Of a DNA stretch of 64,000 nucleotides, positions 9,488-17,902 are shown piece by piece. Position 1 is the first letter of the stretch; each line of letters starts with the position of its first letter. The stretch covers positions 333,717 to 397,716 of the forward strand of contig CAVVJG010000032.1 in assembly GCA_963748365.1 (NCBI GenBank). Direction: 5' to 3'. Under the pieces are notes generated by a model. It did no database searches and was not told the DNA's origin. It saw only the letters and a program-made list of their open reading frames with translations. The translations under genes and the position numbers were made by a program. Source of the stretch: Candidatus Acidiferrales bacterium (GTDB lineage Bacteria > Acidobacteriota > Terriglobia > Acidiferrales > UBA7541).

Positions 9488-11644
9488 TCATTTGGATGCG
9501 TTGATCAAGGTGCCGGTCAGCACGGTTATCGACGCCTTAGGCAGGATTACCTTTTGTCCCAGATTCAATCGCAGGTGCTGCGTCTTTGCTGGTCCGGCTG
9601 GGTCTGCGTGGCTCGTGGCCCCCGATGGATGCCATACATATTCCGCCGCGCCAAACGTCACTTGCTTCACTTCGCCGGAAAAGTGCGCTGGCGTATCATT
9701 TGCTTTCAGCGCAAAGCTGAGCTTCACTTCGTGGTCGTTGCTGGGATCCTTATTAATCATCAGCAACGACCACTTTCCGTCTGGTCGCTTCACGCCATAG
9801 GCAGTGATCAACGTGTGCCCCGCATCATCTTTCACGCCCGCCAGCGCCGGATATAGCTCGTGTTTGCCCGCTCCATGCTTCACCCACTCCAGGTTCAGCA
9901 ACTGACTGGCGAAATATTGCGCGGTGTGTTGTCTGATTTCCAGCTTTTCGTTGGCCACAAAATTTCCATACGTGCTCCATGCGTGGCATCCCGGGCGCAG
10001 CGTTTCCGGCTGGATCGGCGAATGATAATAAGCGGCGCCCGGCCCCCCATACGTCAAGAATGCTCCAACACTATCCGCCAGCCACAAACCCGCGAACAAA
10101 TCTTGCATTGGATCGGTCAATTCCCAGGAAACATTGCTCTCCGTGTTTATCAGCGGAACCTCCGCCGGTACACCATCCTCGCGCCAGGCCTTCAATATGC
10201 GTTCCACCATTTCTGGCTCGCGGTATAGATCAGACCAGCCGATTTCGCACGGTGTGAACGGATAATGTTCGAACGAAACGAACGTCAGATCCTTCATTCT
10301 TCCGTGAGCTTTCAAGTAATCCAGAAAACGTGCCAGCCAGGATGTGCGTCCCTGCGCATCCGGCCACGCTTTAATGTCTTCGTTCGCCCCCGTAAACACT
10401 GGCCCACCCAATTTTAATTTTGCATCAACGCGATGCAGCGCCGTGGCCCACTGCAAATACAACGCCGCGTAATCTTCCGGCAACATGAATTGCCCGTCCG
10501 GCTCCTCCCCCATCTCGATATAAGCGACCGGATAACCGCGCTTTTCGATGTAGGCAATCTCCGCCGCGCTGTCTTCCGGCGTTGCGTACAACATGGCCAC
10601 GGGAATCATGGCGGGTAAATTGTTGGTGATACCACTGGTGAAAAAGAGATCGAACCCAGTTTGGATTCGCGAGGGAATAATATCTTCGGCGGTGTGCCAG
10701 GAATCATTCGACGAAACCTGGATGTTGGTTTGCGCCTGTCCTGGCGTGTGTTTAATCAGGTCGACAAACTCGCCATGCGAATTGTAATTGCCCGCGTAAA
10801 TCTCAGAGATTGCGTAACCCACACAATTGCGCGGATCTTGCCGGCCGTGCGTGTCGCAGGTGTTCGAAGACTGCGTCATCCACACGCGCAGGAACCGCGT
10901 CGCAACGGGATGTTCTACCAGGCGCCACACTTCGGCGTTACCTTTGGCGGCACGCACCTCTCCTAGCGGAAACTTGATCCATTCGCCGGAAGCCGGCTTG
11001 CTGATGGCATCTTCTTTTCCCGCCCAGTATTCCACCACATATTCCGTTGCATAGGGGTTGGCCCAACGGATCTGAATGGCGCTAATGTCCTGCGGCGTCG
11101 AAAAATCAATCACCACCCATTGTGGATGCGCGCTGTCCGGCTCTTCCGTAAACTTCGCGGTGAGATAGGGATTGCTCTTCCAATAGCTTGCCGCATCGCC
11201 ATCCACTATCCGCGAATATTCGTTCTGCCCGGCGTCGCTGCGCGTAGATCCACGATGCGGTAATTTGTAACCGAAAGACTGCCGCAGCATTTCCCCCGGT
11301 TCGGCACTTCCCACAAAATAGCCACTCTTATTTTCAACGTCGCTCCATTTTCCATTGGGATTCCAGTGCCACGCATCAATCGTCAATTCGGTGTTTTGGC
11401 GATACGTGATGGGACCCCAGCCGGCACTCAGCGATTCCTTCAGGATCGGCGCGCTGTAGACCGTGTCGAATTCTTTCGCAGACAAGATATCTATGGAACT
11501 TCCCATCGCCTGATCTGGGTCAAACATAACGGCGCGCGCCGGTGAAATATCAACGCGTACCGTTTGCCCGATCCCGGGTCTCGCAAGCATCGTCGCGCAC
11601 GCCAGAAGCAATAGTCTAGACAAGCAAGGGAAGTGGTCTCTCAT
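9488..11644 (-). CDS. Secreted glycoside hydrolase-like protein with inserted discoidin (F5/8 type C) domain
   Basis: Signal peptide; discoidin-like segment (IVDGDAASYWKS...QWVVIDF...IQIRWANPYATEY); clan GH-A-like YIEMGEEPD and FVSFEHYPF; C-terminal beta-sandwich. Confidence 0.65.
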   Translation of the reverse strand: MRDHFPCLSRLLLLACATMLARPGIGQTVRVDISPARAVMFDPDQAMGSSIDILSAKEFDTVYSAPILKESLSAGWGPITYRQNTELTIDAWHWNPNGKWSDVENKSGYFVGSAEPGEMLRQSFGYKLPHRGSTRSDAGQNEYSRIVDGDAASYWKSNPYLTAKFTEEPDSAHPQWVVIDFSTPQDISAIQIRWANPYATEYVVEYWAGKEDAISKPASGEWIKFPLGEVRAAKGNAEVWRLVEHPVATRFLRVWMTQSSNTCDTHGRQDPRNCVGYAISEIYAGNYNSHGEFVDLIKHTPGQAQTNIQVSSNDSWHTAEDIIPSRIQTGFDLFFTSGITNNLPAMIPVAMLYATPEDSAAEIAYIEKRGYPVAYIEMGEEPDGQFMLPEDYAALYLQWATALHRVDAKLKLGGPVFTGANEDIKAWPDAQGRTSWLARFLDYLKAHGRMKDLTFVSFEHYPFTPCEIGWSDLYREPEMVERILKAWREDGVPAEVPLINTESNVSWELTDPMQDLFAGLWLADSVGAFLTYGGPGAAYYHSPIQPETLRPGCHAWSTYGNFVANEKLEIRQHTAQYFASQLLNLEWVKHGAGKHELYPALAGVKDDAGHTLITAYGVKRPDGKWSLLMINKDPSNDHEVKLSFALKANDTPAHFSGEVKQVTFGAAEYVWHPSGATSHADPAGPAKTQHLRLNLGQKVILPKASITVLTGTLINASK

Positions 11645-11827
11645 GGCAGTCTCCAGAAAACGTCAGTATTATATCGATTGAATAGCGCCAGTAAACCATT
11701 AGTCTGTGCGCCCCTGTCTGAGCACACCCCAGCTATATGGGCTGGCCTCCATCGCATTCGCTGTTCCCCGGCGCAATTTCCAGCTAACATTTCTTCGGAT
11801 GTCTGCTACTTAATTCGGAGAGATTCC

Positions 11828-12244
11828 ATGTCGACCTTTGGACTGATCGAATACAACGATGCCAGCACGGAAGTGAAAGCGATCTATGACGACATTCTCA
11901 CCACGCGGAAAACGGACTACATTAATAATTTTTGGAAAGCCATCGCGCACGATCCGGCGTTGCTGCGGAGCACTTGGGAACGCCTTAAAGCCATCATGGG
12001 TCCGGGCGCGCTCGATCCGCTTACCAAAGAACTCCTCTACATCGCCGTCAGTGTCACAAACAATTGCCACTACTGCATCGCCTCTCACACCGCCTCGGCA
12101 TTTGGTAAGGGCATGACCCCGGAAATGTTTAAGGAGCTTCAAGCCGTGGTCGGAATGGCCAACGCCACCAACAAATTGGTTACCGGTTATCAAGTCGCCA
12201 TCGACGAACGCTTTCAGCCGCCGCTTGACCGGGGGAAAAAGTAA
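11828..12244 (+). CDS. Carboxymuconolactone decarboxylase / AhpD-like protein
   Basis: LDPLTKELLYIAVSVTNNCHYCIASH (CxxC), AhpD-core pattern; GGAGAG RBS. Confidence 0.88.
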   Translation: MSTFGLIEYNDASTEVKAIYDDILTTRKTDYINNFWKAIAHDPALLRSTWERLKAIMGPGALDPLTKELLYIAVSVTNNCHYCIASHTASAFGKGMTPEMFKELQAVVGMANATNKLVTGYQVAIDERFQPPLDRGKK

Positions 12245-12411
12245 CCACGCACGCGTCAATTCGTGGCGTTCTCCACAACCTGTTTCCATCGTAGTACGCA
12301 AGTACTATAGGTCTGCCTGTCCGGCAATCCGAATATAAAAAGGTACAGATCTGGGGCCTCCCTGCGCGTGGCGGGGCTGACTTCCTAACCTTTTTTTATT
12401 GCGAGTGTCCC

Positions 12412-14613
12412 ATGGCACCAAGCGTGAAAGACGTCGAGAACTCGACACCGGCCAGCACTTCTACTCTTCCATCCGCTCAAGCCGCCAATCCTGCACAAGC
12501 CGCAACGCGGCCGCAACCTGTTCCGCTGGAAGTTCCTGTCAGCGTGAATGGCGCGCGCACCATTGAGGGCTCCGACAAGCGCGAACCGTTTTCCGAATCC
12601 ACCAAAACTGTTTTGGTATTTGCGAACGGCGCAGTGATTCGCCTGGCCTCCAACGTGGCCCCGGGCCAACTTCTTTTCGTCACGAACGACAAGAGCAAGA
12701 AAGAAGTCGTTTGCCAGGTCGTGAAATCCAAGAATTATCGCACCGTGACCGGCTACGTCGAATTGGAGTTCACGGAGCCCGCTCCCGGATTTTGGGGTGT
12801 GCGCATTCCCACAGAATCTGCGCCCGCTCACGCCCAGCCTAAAGTTCCCGTGGCACAGCGGCCCGCGGCTCCTCCCGCAGCCGTTTCCCCCGCGATTGGT
12901 TTGCCGAAAGCAGCAGCACCGGCGCCGCCCGCTCCCGTAATTGCAAATTCGAATGTTCCTCTCGCACCACCCCCAAAACCGGTCATCGCCCCGCCACCGG
13001 TCGTCCCCGCCGCGACGCCAAAACCGGAAGCTGCAAAGCCTGTCGTGCCTCACGCAACTGCGCCAGTGAAAACCGAATCTCTACCCTCTCAACGTGCTGC
13101 ACAGGTTTCCGCCCTGGTTGACCCTGAGCCCGTGGCAGCACCTCCATCGCCGGCGAAGCAGGGAGTTGCATCACCCGCATCACAAAAGTCCAGCGACGCC
13201 TCAACGGAAGAACTTCGCCAACAAGCCGCACGTTTGCAGGAACAACTCAGCTCGCTCTTGTTTCGTGAATCCGCTTCAGAAAAGGCTACGGTACCGCCGC
13301 CAGCACTTGCCCCTCCGGCTGTTGCGACTACACAGGTTCCCCAAGTTCCGAAGGAAATGCTTCGTGGGGCAGACGCCCTCCAACAAGCGGTAGCGGAATT
13401 GGAAGCTAGCTCGAAGCCCGAAGCAAAGCCCGGGCATAAGCCTGAGCCAAAGATCGAGCCGATCAAAGTTTCCTCGATACCTACGCCTGCTGCAGAAATC
13501 AAGGCGCCTTCCATGATTTCCAAATCGTCTTCCATCTCACTTCCTGCCGAAGAAGTGAAGATTCCGTCATGGCTGGCACCGCTTGCGCGCGAGACGGAGA
13601 CCGTCAAGGAAGTCGCTTCCACTTCGCCTGCAAGTTTGCCTTCAACCGAGGAAGTTTCTTCCTACGGGAACTCGGAGGAACTTACCGTCAGCATCGCCAC
13701 TGACCCCACGCAGAAAGCACCGACAGTCGTATTTGGTGGACAATTGTTAGGTGGCTCAGGATCGACCGATGCACAAGTTGCCCCTTCCGGTTCGAAAAAA
13801 GGATTGGTCTTCGGTCTGGTTGCCGCGAGCTTACTCGCTGCTGCTGGCGTGGCGTGGTACGGATTGCAGCCGGGGAATTTCCTAGCGTCGAAGCTGGCTT
13901 CGCCTGTCGCGGTACAAAACAACATGGCAGCTTCAAGCGAGCCCCCCTTGGGGAATGGCTCACCCGCAATCACTCCAGCGACCACGGCAAATCCGACTTC
14001 ACCCGTTACGTCTCCAGCTGCCGCCAACAGCCGCCCCGCGACAACGATTCCGGCGGCCAGTACGCCGCCTTCAACGAACCGCAACTCGAATCCTGCCACA
14101 GTCCCAGAGGTAACTAAGGTGGCGAACGCTGCTGAGCGCAACGTGCCTGAGGTGGAAGCTCCCAAGAAGCCGGTTCTCGGTGATGTGCATTTGGCCACAC
14201 CAACCGTCAATCGCAAGGCAAATTCCATTGGAACCGAGGCTGCCCCTTCCATTGACGACGCAGAAGCGAGCAATGCCGGAGACCCACTGACTGGCCTTGC
14301 TGCAAACCACAGCAAAGTGCCTTCCGCTCCTGTGCCGGTTGGAGGCGATGTGAAAACCGCAAAGCTTCTGAAATCCGTGTCTCCCGTTTATCCGCCCACC
14401 GCCAGATCGCAGCGAATTTCCGGCGACGTGAAATTGGACGCATTAATCGATGAGAGCGGCAATGTCTCTGCCACCCAGATCATTTCTGGTCCGACGCTGC
14501 TCCATCAAGCAGCTATAACCGCCGTGAAACAATGGAAGTATCAACCTGCTCAGTTGAATGGCAGTGCTACATCCATGCACCTCACCGTCACCGTTCAATT
14601 TCGTTTGCAGTAA
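12412..14613 (+). CDS. Membrane protein: PilZ-like N-domain, Pro/Ala-rich linker, TM helix, TonB C-terminal domain
   Basis: C-terminus PVYPPTARSQRISGDVKLDALIDESGNV...AAITAVKQWKYQPA is a TonB_C domain; TM GLVFGLVAASLLAAAGVAWYGL near 13800; N-terminal beta-domain resembles acidobacterial PilZ-like folds. Confidence 0.75.
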   Translation: MAPSVKDVENSTPASTSTLPSAQAANPAQAATRPQPVPLEVPVSVNGARTIEGSDKREPFSESTKTVLVFANGAVIRLASNVAPGQLLFVTNDKSKKEVVCQVVKSKNYRTVTGYVELEFTEPAPGFWGVRIPTESAPAHAQPKVPVAQRPAAPPAAVSPAIGLPKAAAPAPPAPVIANSNVPLAPPPKPVIAPPPVVPAATPKPEAAKPVVPHATAPVKTESLPSQRAAQVSALVDPEPVAAPPSPAKQGVASPASQKSSDASTEELRQQAARLQEQLSSLLFRESASEKATVPPPALAPPAVATTQVPQVPKEMLRGADALQQAVAELEASSKPEAKPGHKPEPKIEPIKVSSIPTPAAEIKAPSMISKSSSISLPAEEVKIPSWLAPLARETETVKEVASTSPASLPSTEEVSSYGNSEELTVSIATDPTQKAPTVVFGGQLLGGSGSTDAQVAPSGSKKGLVFGLVAASLLAAAGVAWYGLQPGNFLASKLASPVAVQNNMAASSEPPLGNGSPAITPATTANPTSPVTSPAAANSRPATTIPAASTPPSTNRNSNPATVPEVTKVANAAERNVPEVEAPKKPVLGDVHLATPTVNRKANSIGTEAAPSIDDAEASNAGDPLTGLAANHSKVPSAPVPVGGDVKTAKLLKSVSPVYPPTARSQRISGDVKLDALIDESGNVSATQIISGPTLLHQAAITAVKQWKYQPAQLNGSATSMHLTVTVQFRLQ

Positions 14614-14722
14614 CGGCGAAGTCGCAACTTGAAAATCCCATGATTGGAAGTGCGAGTGCCCTGGCGTGTACCCGCGCGCAGCCCCACGCCAACCGGCCAT
14701 TCACTGTTCTGTGAAAATTGAC

Positions 14723-16243
14723 TTAGTGTGTAGTGGAGTATCCGCCATGCGGCGCCAACGCCGGATGCCCCACGGCAGTTTCTTCGGCAAATTCCCCCGA
14801 AGCTTGCGGATTGGCGTGCAAGATCACGATCCATGACAGGTGCGGGAATGGCAGAAAGCGATCAATGGGCCGAATCAGGGGAATCAGGAAATTCAATGAT
14901 TTGATTTGCCAGAATCCAAACGTTTCTTTCTTTAACAGCCGCCCGTTCAGCCACCAACCGGGGGCGCCAATGCGGTTGAACTTCAGAACCTTGTCCACGG
15001 TAAATCCGGCATCCTGGCAGGCCTTCACCAATTGCTGTTCCGTGTAGCGGCGGTAGTGGCCAAGCACTTTGTCGAGCGTTCCGTATAATTGGGGGCCATT
15101 CGGTACCAGAATGATGGCGCGGCCGTTGGTGTCCAGCCGTTTGCGAATGTTACGCAGCGCCTGCACATCATTTTCGAGATGCTCCACCACATTCAGGCAG
15201 ACCACCGTATCGAATCGTTCTGCCGGGTACGTTTCCTCGGCGCTCGCGTCCGTGTAGTGAACCTGCAGGTATGGCCGCGTCTGCTTCAGGGTTTTCAGCC
15301 GGTCCAGATATTGCGGATTAATATCGCTGGCGTGGTATTCCGTGCGCGGCACCAGATTCGCCGTTAGATTGCCGATCCCCGCGCCAATTTCCAACACGCG
15401 GTCGCCAACGTAAGGCCGAATCGTGTCCGCCATCCATTTGGTGAATTTCGGCGCCCGATTCAGCCGAGCAAGAATTTCGCTGCCATACGCATCTGCCACG
15501 TAGATTTTGTCAGAGATGCCGTATTTCACCAACGCTCCGAGAGCGCGAACGCCGTCTTTCCAGGTGATCTTTTTGCCTTCCGCATACGTGCGCCCGGAAT
15601 AGCGAATGGGGATTTCAAATATTCGCGCCTTGCGCTTCGCCAGCTTGATGGTGATTTCCGGTTCGATACCGAAACGATTGCTCTCCCACGGAATGTTCTT
15701 GAATATGTCTGTCCGCACCATCTTGTAGCATGTCTCAATGTCGGAAAGGTTCAGGTCCGTTACAAAATTGGTCAGCAGTGTGATCAACCGGTTGCCCAGG
15801 CTGTGCCGGAAGAACAACACGCGCCGGAAATCGCTGGACATGAATCGCGAACCAAACACCGCGTCCGCATCTTCTTCCAGGAACAGTGGAATCATCTTGG
15901 CAATGTCCGAAGGGTGATATTCCAGGTCCGCGTCGTGTATGACCACCAGATCGGTGTCCACGTGTTGAAGTGCAGTGCGTATGGAGGCGCCTTTACCCTG
16001 GTTGCGCTCGTGCTCCAGAAATATCCATTCAAAATGTGGAAGATTCAGTCGTTGCACGGAATCGTGAAACTGGCTCAGCACTTCCGACGTTCCGTCCGTG
16101 GACGCGTCGTTCACCACGATCACGCGGATGCGCCCCAGCAGCGGCGACTCCGCCAACACCCCCAGCCTCTTCAAGCTGGTCTCCACCAGATACTGTTCGT
16201 TGTACACCGGAACTAGAATCGCGAGACTGATTTTGCCTTCCAT
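14723..16243 (-). CDS. Fusion of family 2 glycosyltransferase and SAM-dependent methyltransferase
   Basis: ILVPVYNE, VVNDASTDGT, HDADLEY (GT2/DPM-like); VLEIGAGIGN and FDTVVCLNVVEH (class I MTase). Confidence 0.9.
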   Translation of the reverse strand: MEGKISLAILVPVYNEQYLVETSLKRLGVLAESPLLGRIRVIVVNDASTDGTSEVLSQFHDSVQRLNLPHFEWIFLEHERNQGKGASIRTALQHVDTDLVVIHDADLEYHPSDIAKMIPLFLEEDADAVFGSRFMSSDFRRVLFFRHSLGNRLITLLTNFVTDLNLSDIETCYKMVRTDIFKNIPWESNRFGIEPEITIKLAKRKARIFEIPIRYSGRTYAEGKKITWKDGVRALGALVKYGISDKIYVADAYGSEILARLNRAPKFTKWMADTIRPYVGDRVLEIGAGIGNLTANLVPRTEYHASDINPQYLDRLKTLKQTRPYLQVHYTDASAEETYPAERFDTVVCLNVVEHLENDVQALRNIRKRLDTNGRAIILVPNGPQLYGTLDKVLGHYRRYTEQQLVKACQDAGFTVDKVLKFNRIGAPGWWLNGRLLKKETFGFWQIKSLNFLIPLIRPIDRFLPFPHLSWIVILHANPQASGEFAEETAVGHPALAPHGGYSTTH

Positions 16244-16479
16244 GGCTACCGATCCATTCTGACTCAGACTCCATTGTCGCAATTGTCTTAAGAGCGCTAG
16301 TTTTGCGGCTAAATTCAAGTCTATCAGATTTACTCTCTGTTATTTAAAGGCTGTTGTGTTGAATAGTGAATCAGTTTCATATCGCGAGACTAGCAACCTG
16401 CGAATCTGCCTCGAGAGAAGGTGTAGACTCTCTTGAGATTTGGAACTACTCGGTAGGTTAGCCAATGCCGCCAAGAAGC

Positions 16480-17031
16480 ATGCGAATTCTGCCATCGAGA
16501 GCCCGAGTTCGGATTCGAGAGCCGAGACTCTCAGATCGGAAAGAACTAATCGCCCTGGTTTGCGGAAGCAGAAAACTCCATCATCCCTGGGTCTACCCGC
16601 CCGACGATACGGGCGCCTGGGCGTCGTACATTCGGAATTTGCAATCAAGCCGGAATGAAGGCTACCTCGTTTGCCTGATCTCCTCAGGAGAAATCGCTGG
16701 AGTGATAAATATTTCTGAGATTGTGCGGGGCTTATTTCAGAGCGGATATCTGGGTTTTTATGCTAATGCGACTCACGCAGGGCTGGGATACATGAAGGAA
16801 GGTCTTTCGTTGGTTTTACGGTACGCATTCTCCCGGCTTGCATTGCACAGGTTAGAGGCGAACATCCAGCCGAAAAATGCAAAGTCTATCGGTCTCGTGC
16901 AAAGTCGTGGGTTTCATTGTGAAGGTCTTTCACCCCGGTATCTTAAAGTCGGCGGAAAATGGCGTGATCACGAACGATGGGCAATAACCGTTGAGGAATA
17001 CTCACCACAGGGAAAAAAGGGCTGGCTCTAA
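16480..17031 (+). CDS. GNAT family N-acetyltransferase (RimJ/RimL-like)
   Basis: GYLGFYANATHAGLGYMKEGL, LHRLEANIQPKN, EGLSPRYLKVGGKWRDHERWAI. Confidence 0.92.
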   Translation: MRILPSRARVRIREPRLSDRKELIALVCGSRKLHHPWVYPPDDTGAWASYIRNLQSSRNEGYLVCLISSGEIAGVINISEIVRGLFQSGYLGFYANATHAGLGYMKEGLSLVLRYAFSRLALHRLEANIQPKNAKSIGLVQSRGFHCEGLSPRYLKVGGKWRDHERWAITVEEYSPQGKKGWL

Positions 17032-17099
17032 GGAGCCAGCCCCAGGTGTTAGATACCGCGACGACTGTTTCGTTAGAAGGTACGGCGGAAACCAAACTC
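16990..17099. repeat. About 110-bp direct repeat, copy A (GNAT 3' end, terminator, remnant of receptor 3' end)
   Basis: Manual alignment with 19920-20028: 99 of 110 positions identical, 1 gap. Confidence 0.92.
17019..17042. terminator. Stem-loop at a convergent gene junction (likely terminator)
   Basis: GGCTGGCTC-TAAG-GAGCCAGCC 9-bp stem, followed on the minus strand by a U-run (complement of AAAAAA at 17013-17018). Confidence 0.65.
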
Positions 17100-17132
17100 C
17101 GAACGGGTCTCCAATGCAGACTTGCCGCCGTC

Positions 17133-17705
17133 CTACTGACCTTCGCAGCTCACCCTGTTGTTCCAATCCACAAAAGCGCCGTTGGGGTTGTCACGCCAGG
17201 CCCACACGTGCAGCTCGAAGAAGGCGGGTATGCCATACCGGTTCGGGCTATTCACGAACTGGAAGGCTTGGCCCTCAAGCATTGGAGGCGCGCCATTGTG
17301 GGCATCAAGCCAGGTGGCTGAGTCCACGATGTATTCGACGCCGACCAGCCGCCGCCTATCGCCCACTGGCTCGTAGATCAGCGCTTCCGGGTGCGCCGCA
17401 TCAATCTCTCCGTCAACAACCAGAGGACCATTGATGTAGTGGATGCCCATGGCGCCATGGTCCGGACCACTGACGCAGCCAAATGCAGGGTTGTATCCGG
17501 CTGGACCGGCGTTGTTAACGTCGATGAATTGCTGTGTGGCGTCGCGAACGATCTGTACGAGCTTGGCCGGTGCCGAATGGTCATGGTCATGAGCGGCTTG
17601 CCCAGCAGCAAGAAGCGGCGCAAGCATAGCCAGGCTGCCCAGCAAGGACCGACGCAAAGTGTTCCTGGTTAAAGAATCAATGAGAGTCGTGCATCGCGGT
17701 GTCAT
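17133..17705 (-). CDS. Secreted conserved hypothetical protein with His-rich N-terminus
   Basis: Signal peptide, then AHDHDHS; motifs GAMGIHY, PEALIYEP, LVGVEY, ELHVWAWRDNPNGAF; AAAGGGG RBS before ATG 17705. Confidence 0.75.
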   Translation of the reverse strand: MTPRCTTLIDSLTRNTLRRSLLGSLAMLAPLLAAGQAAHDHDHSAPAKLVQIVRDATQQFIDVNNAGPAGYNPAFGCVSGPDHGAMGIHYINGPLVVDGEIDAAHPEALIYEPVGDRRRLVGVEYIVDSATWLDAHNGAPPMLEGQAFQFVNSPNRYGIPAFFELHVWAWRDNPNGAFVDWNNRVSCEGQ

Positions 17706-17902
17706 AGTTTCCCCTTTCAAAATTGTTGCGGCTCCCGCCGTTGAACGACCGCATCCTGCTGTATACCTGGGTCGATCGGCAATGGCGAACGTCTGAAGAT
17801 TTTCTTAAGCCATATGAATTCGTAAGCCGCTGGAATTATTTGATTTGTCGAGAAGCACACGAACGGATGTAGAATTGCGGCTGTCTGGTTGAGCGTGGAT
17901 TG

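Noticed and set aside
17073-17135. Amber stop of the secreted protein is in frame with DGGKSALETRS-EFGFRRTF*, so read-through would add a beta-signal-like tail
   Set aside because: One-in-three chance of being in frame; the duplicated receptor end already explains the sequence; no recoding signal seen.
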